Positions 33,728 to 43,100 of a stretch of 58,133 bases of DNA are shown piece after piece; positions within the stretch are counted from its first letter, which is position 1; every line of letters starts with the position of its first letter. The position numbers and the translations under genes are program-made. The DNA lies in contig CAZMLC010000003.1 in NCBI GenBank assembly GCA_964567125.1, positions 1 to 58,133 on the forward strand. Reading direction: 5' to 3'. Origin of the DNA: an uncultured Akkermansia sp. Lineage in GTDB: Bacteria; Verrucomicrobiota; Kiritimatiellia; RFP12; UBA1067. The notes beneath the pieces are model-generated. The model ran no database searches. It was not told where the DNA came from and saw only the letters and a list, made by a program, of their open reading frames with translations.

Positions 33728-35320
33728 TCACTCCATTTTGCTCTGCTGCCGCGGATCAAAGGCATCGCGCAAGCCCTCGCCGATCAGCACGGTCAGCAAC
33801 ATTACGCTGAAGAGCGCTAGCGAGGGAAAGAGGATCAGCCACCACGCCCAGCGGAACATCTGCGCCTGCTGCAACAACTCGCCCCAACTCGGCGTCAAAG
33901 GTGGCAATCCGAAGCCCAGGAAGTCCAGCGCAGCCAACGAACCAATCGCGCCGAGCAACGAAAAGGGAAAGAGCGTGATCATCGGCGTCAGGGCATTCGG
34001 CAGGATATGCCCGAAAATAATGCGCACAGCCGAGAGCCCCTGACAGCGCGCAGCCTCCACAAACGTCTGGTTGCGCAGCCGCAAAAACTCCGCGCGCATA
34101 TAGTACGAAATACCGATCCAGTTGAACAGGCTGTAACAGAACAACAGCAAGCCGAAACTGCGACCCAGCGCCGAACCGATGAAGATCATCACGTACAAAA
34201 AGGGCAAGGCGCTCCAGATCTCGGTGAGCCGCTGCCCGGCGATATCGACCCAACCGCCAAAGTAGCCCTGAATCGCCCCGATCACCAGTCCGCCCAACAT
34301 GGCCCACAGAGACAAGACCATTCCGAAAATCATGGCGATGCGCATGCCGTAAAGAATGCGCGCAAAAACATCGCGACCCGCGGCATCAATCCCCATCCAA
34401 TGCCCTGCGATCGGCCGGTAGGGCCAGGCGATTTCCGAAAGCGAACAGGCGATCGAGACCTTGCCCTGCTTCCACGGCAACACCGCGGTGGGCGCTGTAC
34501 CCTTGAACGCCTCGACAGCCAATTCCTGGATCGAGCGGCGCAGCGCCTCAGGCAGCGCCTGCCAGCGCGCCCGTTCAACCGGGTAAACCTCCTGCTGATC
34601 CATGCGGAAGTGCAGCTGGAACGGAAGGTCCGGCGTATTCACCTGACGGAATGCCAGCAGCACGGTCTCGACGGGACGCGGCTCCTTCTGCGGCGGAACA
34701 GCCGGCAGCCGCACCCGCACCTGCACCGCCGGATCCTTCACCTGCCGCGCAAGGCCTTCGACCGCCGCACTCTGACGTCCCTCGAACCGTTCCTGCAGCG
34801 CCTGCCGCAGCGTTTCCGGCAACACCCAGTGATGCGCCAGCGCCTGCCCCTCAATCCGGGTCACGCCGGGGAAGAAGGCCTCGCAGCTCAGCGGCATCAC
34901 GATAGTTCCCGTGCGCAGCACATGGAGTCGGCCGGCAAAGATCTCCGGCACCACGGAGACGTTCACTGTACGGCAGGCTCTCAGCGTGCGCGCATCCACC
35001 ACATCGCCGGGACTGTAGCGCACCGGCGCCCACACGACGCGATTTCCCGGCTGTCCGGTAAAGGCCTCACTTGCCACCAGCGCATGGTAGTTGGGCGCAG
35101 AGGGCTCCGCCTCAGGTCCCAGCAGATCGCGCTGCGTCAGGTTCTGCACAAATGGCAAAAAAGAGCGGCCGTTCAGACGCAGGTAGAGCGGCTTGCTGTT
35201 GCAGATCAATTCCGCGACCAGGCTGACGCCCATCAGGATGCACAACACCACGAGCGCAATGCGCGCCCGTTTAATCTGCATAAAATTGTGTAACCGTTTT
35301 TGTGTCAGCGGAGAGAGCAT
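33728..35320 (-). CDS. ABC transporter permease, YejE/OppC-like, with a greatly enlarged periplasmic loop
   Basis: N-terminal TM, then about 300 aa extracytoplasmic before the conserved HWMGIDAAGRDVFARILYG motif and the BPD-transporter membrane core. As recalled, E. coli YejE has only about 90 aa in this loop. Confidence 0.85.
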   Translation of the reverse strand: MLSPLTQKRLHNFMQIKRARIALVVLCILMGVSLVAELICNSKPLYLRLNGRSFLPFVQNLTQRDLLGPEAEPSAPNYHALVASEAFTGQPGNRVVWAPVRYSPGDVVDARTLRACRTVNVSVVPEIFAGRLHVLRTGTIVMPLSCEAFFPGVTRIEGQALAHHWVLPETLRQALQERFEGRQSAAVEGLARQVKDPAVQVRVRLPAVPPQKEPRPVETVLLAFRQVNTPDLPFQLHFRMDQQEVYPVERARWQALPEALRRSIQELAVEAFKGTAPTAVLPWKQGKVSIACSLSEIAWPYRPIAGHWMGIDAAGRDVFARILYGMRIAMIFGMVLSLWAMLGGLVIGAIQGYFGGWVDIAGQRLTEIWSALPFLYVMIFIGSALGRSFGLLLFCYSLFNWIGISYYMRAEFLRLRNQTFVEAARCQGLSAVRIIFGHILPNALTPMITLFPFSLLGAIGSLAALDFLGFGLPPLTPSWGELLQQAQMFRWAWWLILFPSLALFSVMLLTVLIGEGLRDAFDPRQQSKME

Positions 35321-35332
35321 AGCAACACGCGT

Positions 35333-36373
35333 TTATCCTTTACCAAAGTGAATGCGCGGATCGATCAGCATGTAACAGAAATCCGAGATGAGATTGCCGA
35401 TCAGCTGCATCACGGAGGTCAGCGCCAGCAACGCCATAAAGACCGCATAGTCGCGTCCATTCAGCGCATCCCAGCTGAGCCGCCCCATGCCCGGGATTTC
35501 AAAAATGTTCTCAATGATGATCGAACCTGCGAAAAGCACGCCCAGAATCGAGCCAAAGCCGGTGGCGATCGGGATCAGCGCATTGCGGAAAGCATGCAGC
35601 CAGATCGCCCGCCGCCGCGTGGCGCCCTTGGCGAGAACCGTGCGGATATAGTCGCTGGAGATTTGATCGAGCAGTGAATTCTTCATGATCAGCGTCAGCA
35701 CCGCGAAATTGCCCGCCACATAGCAGGTCACCGGCAAGGCCAGATGCCACGCCCGATCCGCCAACCACGCGCCGAACGGCAGGCTCGCGGCAAGGTCCGA
35801 CTCGTAACCGCCCAGAGGGAAGAGATCCCAGAACTGCTCAACCGTGCCGCTGAAAAGCATTTTCAGGACCATGCCCAGCGCGAATGACGGAATCGCATAC
35901 CCGGCGAAAACCACGAGGCTGGAGAGCGCATCGAAGCGCTGCCGATGGCGCAGCGCCTTGGCAATGCCCAGCGGAATGCAGACCAGATAGCTGAGCAGAA
36001 AACCCGTCACGCCGAACCACAGCGAAACCGGAATGCGCGACGCGATCAGATCCCACGCCGTGCGGTTCGGATAGTCGTAGGAGTAAATCTTCAGTCCCAT
36101 GCGCTTGTTCACCAGCCAATCCCAGTACTGCACCGCGATCGGCTGGTCAAATCCGAACTGCTTTTTCAGCTCGTCGCGATATTCGTCGGTCACGCGCAGC
36201 GTCGCATCGTTGCCCTTCCCCTCCATGCCGCCGATGTTGCGCATCTTCATCAGCTGGATATCCACAGGACCGCCCGGCAACAGGCGCGTCAGCGCAAAAC
36301 AGACGATGGTAATTCCAAGAAAGGTGGGAATCACCAACAAAAGACGCTGCACTAAATAAGCAAACCGATTCAT
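35333..36373 (-). CDS. ABC transporter permease, YejB/OppB-like
   Basis: MNRFAYLVQRLLLVIPTFLGITIVCFALTRLLPGGPV (typical OppB/DppB N-terminus); 346 aa. Confidence 0.88.
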   Translation of the reverse strand: MNRFAYLVQRLLLVIPTFLGITIVCFALTRLLPGGPVDIQLMKMRNIGGMEGKGNDATLRVTDEYRDELKKQFGFDQPIAVQYWDWLVNKRMGLKIYSYDYPNRTAWDLIASRIPVSLWFGVTGFLLSYLVCIPLGIAKALRHRQRFDALSSLVVFAGYAIPSFALGMVLKMLFSGTVEQFWDLFPLGGYESDLAASLPFGAWLADRAWHLALPVTCYVAGNFAVLTLIMKNSLLDQISSDYIRTVLAKGATRRRAIWLHAFRNALIPIATGFGSILGVLFAGSIIIENIFEIPGMGRLSWDALNGRDYAVFMALLALTSVMQLIGNLISDFCYMLIDPRIHFGKG

Positions 36374-36430
36374 CGTGAAGATGTTACATGATTTACACCA
36401 TCGATTGCAACGACAACTTCCCCCGATAAC

Positions 36431-36493
36431 GAACTATGGGGTTTTATAGTTCACTTTAACGACTCGAAAATGAACTATGGCGATTTATGATTC
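36431..36493. repeat. Two copies of a 22-bp palindromic candidate operator (GAACTAT-N8-ATAGTTC) spaced 41 bp apart
   Basis: R1, 36431-36452: GAACTATggggttttATAGTTC (perfect 7-bp inverted arms). R2, 36472-36493: GAACTATggcgatttATGATTC (5 of 7 in the right arm). Located in the 377-bp divergent region between the yejB-like gene and giant protein B. Confidence 0.5.
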
Positions 36494-36607
36494 TTTTTTG
36501 CTTGCATAACTTGACGTTTAGTTTCCGATTTGATGCTCCTTAAAAACAGCCAAATAGCGCTGGAAAAGAAAAATCCGGCTGCGGGCTTATCTAACATGAC
36601 TTATCTG

Positions 36608-36637
36608 TTGACTTTGCGCGCCTCGCATTCGCATAAT
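36608..36637 (+). promoter_or_regulatory. Putative promoter of the giant protein B/C operon (TTGACT-18 nt-CATAAT)
   Basis: TTGACTttgcgcgcctcgcattcgCATAAT. The TCGCATAAT unit is duplicated 12 nt downstream (36641-36649). The leader to ATG 36750 is about 105 nt. Confidence 0.4.
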
Positions 36638-36749
36638 AGATCGCATAATGGGTGGTGACTTGGACAGAGGGGTGTGTCAGGCCTACAGGCGGCCTCCTCT
36701 GGACACGGTGTAAAAGTAGGATTGCTTTATTTCAAGAAATGAGGGATGT

Positions 36750-39700
36750 ATGATCCGAGTTAAAGTTTGGGCTGGCATAATGCTCGTAATGGGTTTGACG
36801 AATCTTCCGATGTGGGCGCAAAATTATTGGACGACAAACAAACTCAACAGTCTGGCGGTCGCGGTTCTGGGTACGGATACCAATGTCTGGACAGCAGGCA
36901 TGACCAAAGAGGCGGTCTTCGACGGTGCCACCAACACCTATTTCGATACGTATGCGGAGTCCAATGCCTGGGCTGGGATCCAGTTGCCCAGCGCAAAATC
37001 CGTAACGCGTCTGCGCTATTGCGGCTATACAGGCCGCGAGGCGCGCCTGCTGGGCGCCCGTTTTGAAGGTGCGACAACCGCTGATTTTGCCGATGCGGTC
37101 ACGCTCTGGGTGCATACGCCGCCAAGCGGTTGGGCGGGCAACACCTGGCTCGATGTCACGCTGACCAATGCGCTGCAGCTCTCGGCCTACACCTACCTGC
37201 GCATGATCGCCACAGCGACCAATTCCTATGGCGGGAGCGTGCGCGAGGTTGAGTTTTACGGCGTTGATCCCGTGACCAGTGTGCCGGAGGTTCCCACCCT
37301 CTCGTTCGGGGACAGTGCCAACTGGTATACGCATCTGCGCTGGACCGTGGTGTCGAATGCCATGGCGTATGAAATTCAGCGTAAATTCGCGGACGAAGCA
37401 TCGTTCTCAACGATCATGACCAATCTCTATCTTGCCACGGGCTTCTACACGTGGCGCGATCCAAAAATGCTCTCCAACGACGCGCAATACCGTATCCGCG
37501 CAGTAAGTCCGGCAGGCGCTTCAGAATGGACCAACTTCAGCGCGTCCGCGCGCAATGCCGCGACCGGTACGTTCTTCGGCGTGGCAGGTTCGTACCAGAA
37601 CAACACCATGATCCACAGCAGACTCTACGATGCCAATATCGAGACCTTCTTTGACGGCCCGGAGTCCTCGAACGGCAACAATCTCTGGGGCGCCATGGAT
37701 CTCGGGCAACCGCGCACCCTCACGGGCATTCGCTTTATTCCGCGGCGTGAATTTCCCAGCCGCATGAATGGCGGAAAATTCCAGGCGGCAGCGAACACGA
37801 ATTTCACCGATGCGGTGACGCTCTATACGATTACGACGAATCCGCCCATCACGCAAACAACCGAGGTGATTCTGGACACGCCGGTGATGTTCCGCTATGT
37901 CCGCTATCTCTCGCCCAACAATGGCTGGGGCAATGCCGCGGAAATCGAGTTTGATGTCGTGCCGCAGCCGCCGGTCAATCTCGCTGCCACCGGGACGGAT
38001 ATCACCAATGATTTTCCCGTGATGACGTGGTCGCTGAGCGATTACACCGCGAACATTGCCAGCTGCATGGTTTACCGCGCGACCTCACCCGGAGGCCCCT
38101 ATGTCGCGCTGGGTACGACACCGTCTGCCGCGCGCAGCTTCACGGATACGAACGTACTGGTGGGTGTGGCCTATTATTACAAGGTCAGCAACCTCTGCAC
38201 GAATAACAACGGGGCCGTCTATGAAAGTTCGCTTTCAGCGCCGCTGACCTGGCATCGCGCGCAACGCATTGAACGCGATTGGAGCAATCCGGCGACGGTG
38301 AAGCCCGGCCTGACGGTCTTCCAGATCGGGACCAATTACAACAACAACGTCAATGTAGGCGCAAGCAAGGTCTTCGACGGTTCGTTGTCCTCTTTCGCGG
38401 ATATCCTCCCGAGTGCCTGCACGCTGGGCATTGACTTTGTGAAGCCGCATGCGGTGAAATTCATGCGGTTTAGTCCGCGCAATGTGTATGTCAACCGCGT
38501 GAACGGTGCCGTCTTGCGCGGCAGCGATACGACCAACAACCTAGCCACGACCTCCATGACATTAGCGACGTTTACGAATGGTGCGGCGAATGTTTACACG
38601 ATCAATGCCACGACAAACATAACGCCCTATCGCTACCTCTTCGCAACGCGTCTGGATGGCGCTGAGTTTTACGGGAATATTGCCGAACTGGAACTGTATG
38701 GATGGCCAGCGGATGTCGCCACCAATATCTTGCAGGCGACACCCTTGGTCGTGCTGACCGCGCAGGCGAACGGCACATTGGCGATTGCGTGGGCGGCCAG
38801 CAGCAATGCGACCTCCTATCGCGTGGAACGTGCGCTTGACGACGGCTCCAACGTATGGATCACGGTGGGGACAACCACGGAGACCAACCTGGTGGACAGC
38901 ACAGTATCAACGGGTGTCAGGTATCTCTACCGCGTGGTCTCACTGAGAACGGTGGATGCCGTCGAAGAGAGCGCCTATTCCGAGACCTATTGGGGGTTCG
39001 CCTATCTGGGCGGTGCGGGCGTTGGACTCACGGGAACGTATCGCGTCAACTATACGCTGGCCTATCGTTCCGATGAGGCGATTGCCGCGATCACAACCAA
39101 TGCGAGTATTGATTTCGCATGGGCCAGCGGCGTACCCTTGATTCAAGGTGTAGCCAACAGCAGCTCCAACGTGATGATTTCGTGGACGGGAAAACTGCTT
39201 GTGCCGTACGAGGGCACCTATACGTTTTATGTGACATCAGACGATGGCTGCTCGTTGCGGATTGATGATCATCAGTTTTTGATCAACGACTGGAACACGC
39301 GCTCGGCAACCAGCGCGAACGCGATCGCGCTAACGGCCGGCGAGCATGCGATTCGGCTCGACTACTATCAAAGCGCAGGCAGCGCGGCGATCAAACTGGA
39401 ATGGGCAGGACCCGTGCTGCGGGCGGTGATTCCGTCGACGCAGCTGCTTCCAGGCGAGGTCGCGACTGAGCAGTTCGGGGCCTGGAAGGGAAGAACCTTC
39501 AATACGCCCAAGCTCGGTGCACAGGTGTACAGCACGTCGAATGATGCGATCACGGTTTACAGCGCAGGGCTCGACCTCTCCGGGCTTACGGATGGTCATC
39601 ATCTGGTCTGGCAGCCGATGGAAGGCTCCTTCCATTTCGAGGCCAAGATTTACCAGCTGATCAACACAAACGCCTTTTCGACGAAGGCGCTGCTGATGGC

Positions 39701-40085
39701 GCGCAATACGCTTGCGACGGGCAGTCCCCTCATCGCGCCGGCGCGCATGGCAACCGGACAGTTGGGATGTAAAGGCCGTCTCGCTGCCGGGAACAACATT
39801 GCGGATATGCTATCGCCCGCATGGCAATACACACCGGCCAACCCCTTCTGGATGCTTCTGACGCGCCGAGGGAATACCTTTACCGCGGCATTCAAGAATG
39901 CGAGTACAAACGCGTGGACCACCTTCTATACGTTTGTTGACACGAATCAGGTCTTTACCTCGTCAATGATCGTTGGCCTTTCGGTCACCAGCCCGAACGC
40001 GCCTTCAAACGCGCCATTCCCGAACGCGACCTTCTCGGACATTCGCCTCTTCCATCTGACCGGATCGATCCTTTTGTTGAAGTAA
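36750..40085 (+). CDS. Giant secreted protein B: discoidin (F5/8 type C)-like domains, FN3 domains, PA14 domain, C-terminal ConA/DUF1349-like domain
   Basis: Signal peptide MIRVKVWAGIMLVMGLTNLPMWAQ and a GAGGGA SD. Repeated ...VRYLRY/FMRFSPRN...GN.AE.EFYG discoidin-like modules. PA14 signature GTYTFYVTSDDGCSLRIDDHQFLINDW. The protein ends ...HLTGSILLLK. Confidence 0.85.
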   Translation: MIRVKVWAGIMLVMGLTNLPMWAQNYWTTNKLNSLAVAVLGTDTNVWTAGMTKEAVFDGATNTYFDTYAESNAWAGIQLPSAKSVTRLRYCGYTGREARLLGARFEGATTADFADAVTLWVHTPPSGWAGNTWLDVTLTNALQLSAYTYLRMIATATNSYGGSVREVEFYGVDPVTSVPEVPTLSFGDSANWYTHLRWTVVSNAMAYEIQRKFADEASFSTIMTNLYLATGFYTWRDPKMLSNDAQYRIRAVSPAGASEWTNFSASARNAATGTFFGVAGSYQNNTMIHSRLYDANIETFFDGPESSNGNNLWGAMDLGQPRTLTGIRFIPRREFPSRMNGGKFQAAANTNFTDAVTLYTITTNPPITQTTEVILDTPVMFRYVRYLSPNNGWGNAAEIEFDVVPQPPVNLAATGTDITNDFPVMTWSLSDYTANIASCMVYRATSPGGPYVALGTTPSAARSFTDTNVLVGVAYYYKVSNLCTNNNGAVYESSLSAPLTWHRAQRIERDWSNPATVKPGLTVFQIGTNYNNNVNVGASKVFDGSLSSFADILPSACTLGIDFVKPHAVKFMRFSPRNVYVNRVNGAVLRGSDTTNNLATTSMTLATFTNGAANVYTINATTNITPYRYLFATRLDGAEFYGNIAELELYGWPADVATNILQATPLVVLTAQANGTLAIAWAASSNATSYRVERALDDGSNVWITVGTTTETNLVDSTVSTGVRYLYRVVSLRTVDAVEESAYSETYWGFAYLGGAGVGLTGTYRVNYTLAYRSDEAIAAITTNASIDFAWASGVPLIQGVANSSSNVMISWTGKLLVPYEGTYTFYVTSDDGCSLRIDDHQFLINDWNTRSATSANAIALTAGEHAIRLDYYQSAGSAAIKLEWAGPVLRAVIPSTQLLPGEVATEQFGAWKGRTFNTPKLGAQVYSTSNDAITVYSAGLDLSGLTDGHHLVWQPMEGSFHFEAKIYQLINTNAFSTKALLMARNTLATGSPLIAPARMATGQLGCKGRLAAGNNIADMLSPAWQYTPANPFWMLLTRRGNTFTAAFKNASTNAWTTFYTFVDTNQVFTSSMIVGLSVTSPNAPSNAPFPNATFSDIRLFHLTGSILLLK

Positions 40086-40141
40086 ACGCACGCAGACCGG
40101 AGCTCAGCCTACCCTGGTGAGTCCACGGAGCAGCAACCCCC

Positions 40142-43100
40142 ATGACAGGACGCTTCCATCGTGTTGATGTGCAACGCACCCTACGGAGAATCCTGTTTAG
40201 CATCGGGTTCTGCGGAGGCGGCATCGCCTATTGCGGACCCGTTGAGCAGTTGCTCAATCCGGGTTTTGATGAGGCCTTCACCGTTGTCGCGAACACCAAT
40301 AGCTCGGGGATCATACGAGGCGTGTTTCCGACGAGCTGGCTGGATAATTCACGCTATTCGGGTAAGCATACCGACAATCTCTATGTGTGCGAGGAGAGCG
40401 ACACGGTTGCGGGTTGCGCATTCCGCATTACGGCGGCGCTGCAAAGCGGCTACAGCAGCGGTGTGAATATCGAACTCTATCAGCCGTTTACCGCGATCTC
40501 CCAGCGCATCTACACCGCATCCGTCTGGCTGAAATGTGCGTCGAATGTAACGGCGCAGCTGGTGATCCGGCAGAAATCATCGCCCTACACCGTGCGCGCC
40601 ATCACGAATTGCGCGCTCACCGCCGCATGGCACGCTTTCCGCGTTACGGTGTCAAGCGTGGCAACGGAAACGCTGGCGGTCTCCATCAACCTCTCGAATT
40701 GTGCGACCACCCTGTGGGTCGATCAGGCGAGCTGCGTCGTGCAGGATGGCGGACGCGTCTGGTACGTTGCGCCGGACGGATCGGACAGCAGCAGCGGTTC
40801 CTTGGCGGCGCCCTTCCAGACCGTGGCGCGCGCGGCGACACAGGTCACCGCAGGCGATACTATTGCGCTGCGTGCGGGTACGTACCGAGAAACCCTGCAA
40901 CTGCCATGCTCCGGTACGCGCGCAAATCCCATAACCGTTTGCGCCTACACCAACGAACGCGTGATTTTTTCCGGGTGCGATGTTGTGGCAGGCCCGTGGG
41001 CTGCCACGAGCAACGCCATCTACACCGCGGAGACCGACTGGTCATTGGGGTCCGGCTACAATCAGGTGTTCGTCGATGGCGCGATGGTTCACGAGGCGCG
41101 CTATCCGGATTTTGGTTCGACGGATCTCTTAAGCCCTGCGACAGCCGCACTGACGGTCTCCAGTAATTACACCGTGGCCGCATCCGCGTTTGATGGATTG
41201 GGCGATCTGACAGGGGCGCGTTTTTATGCGAGCGTGGGATCGTCGTGGGCGTGGCAGAATGCGTTGATCGCAAGCAATCGGATCGGTACGCTCTTTCTCA
41301 ACGCAGCCTCTGCCTCGACCTGGTGGTGGCCGAATTATAGCAACACATCCAGCGACGCGGGTAGGGGGTTCGTTTACGGACTGCTCAGCCTGCTCGATGC
41401 GGATGGCGAGTGGCTAGTCGAGTCCAATACGGTTGCGCCGCACACGCTCCACCTGCGGATCGCCGAGGGTGTGGATCCGGCGGAACATTTGATCGAAATG
41501 AAACGCCGTAACTGGTGTCTGGATCTCAACGGGCAGAACTTTATCGTGATCAGCAATCTGGCCTTCACGGCAGGAGCCGTACGCCTCAACGGCGAAGACC
41601 TTGTGCTGACACACTGTACTGCAGCACATCTCAGCCACTTCATGGTCTTTTCGTCAGGCGGTGCCGCCAATGGAGGTCGTGCCGAGGGAAGCGGTATCAG
41701 CGTGAGCGGGACCAGCAACAGCGTGCAATATTGCACGGTGCGCGACACGGCGGGAAGCGGCATAATCGTCAGCGGGACAGGGCATCGCATCACACGCAAC
41801 CATATTTTCAATACCGACTATTCGGCAACGTATGCGGTAGGTCTGAAGTTGGACGGAACCTTCCACACCGCAACCTTCAATACGCTGCACGATACGGGAC
41901 GCGATATTATCCAGCCGACAGGCAAGGGCTGTACCGTGATGTTCAACGAATGCTATGCCGCAGGCCGGCTCTGTAAAGATCTGGGCGCTGTTTATGCCTG
42001 GGGCACGAACGCGCAAGCGACCAACGGGGCCATAACGCGTATCGCCTACAACTGGGTTCATGACAGTTCAGCCAATGATCCGTTGGGCATGGGCATCTAC
42101 ATCGATAACTACAGTCGCCATTTCCAGATCGACCACAACGTGGTTTGGAACTTCGGCGATCTCGCCACGAAGACGTGGAGCGATGGCATGCGACTGAATG
42201 CGCCCGGCGACGATCTGAACGTTTTTCACAACACGCTCTTCCGTTGCCGCAATTACAATTACGGAACCTTCACGCCCTATCTGATCACCAACAGCACGCC
42301 CGACAACACCTATTGGACGACCAATACCCACCACCTCTTTTATATCGCGCAGAATAACCTGTATATGACCAATGCGCCGACAGAGCTGGAGAATGGCGAG
42401 GCCCGCGATTTCCGCTTGAAGGCCGCAAGCTGGGCCGTGGATCCTCTTTGTGCGACCACTACGATCGCCTGGGTTACGACGAACGGAAGCATCAACGTTC
42501 CATCGAATTATCACCTGGCCATGCGCCGCAAGAATCAGATGTTCGCCTTTGAAGAGCAGGCGGGGCAAGGTGTACCCGTCGATCTGGACCGTGACGGGCT
42601 GGCCGAACCGTTTGTCGGCCCTACACCGGATAGCGGCGCATACGAACGCGGCGGTGCCTATTGGATTCCCGGTATCTGGGGATGGCTGCCTGAGCAGGCT
42701 GGTGTGCGCAGCGAAGCGCCCTATACATACGTGGGGGATACCGTGACAGCCAAGGCTGTGCTGCTTTCATGCGGGAATGCCCCGGCGACGCTGTTCATCT
42801 GTTGGGGAGAAGGGGCTGATGCAACGGCATGGGCCAACACCGTCTGTCTGGCGACCGCGCTGACCAACGGCTTCCAGTCGGTGTTCTATAATCTATCGGA
42901 TCTCCACCCGTATACGACCTATGGTTATCGCTTTCTGACGACGAATGCCTATGGCGCGACGTGGAGCGAACCCGTGACCTTCACAACCGGATCGGGTCTT
43001 ACGGTGAACATGGTCTGGAACGGCGGCGGCGGGACCAATCGCATGATCGATGCGGTCACCAACTGGACGAGCGCATCGCCGCTCGATTTCAACGGAGCAA

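Noticed and set aside
36648-36713. A 21-codon upstream ORF (MGGDLDRGVCQAYRRPPLDTV) and a small AGGCC-N7-GGCCT hairpin in the leader of giant protein B, considered as a leader peptide or riboswitch.
   Set aside because: The ATG overlaps the duplicated -10 box, no SD is present, and I recognise no riboswitch consensus. The 5-bp hairpin is too weak to call.
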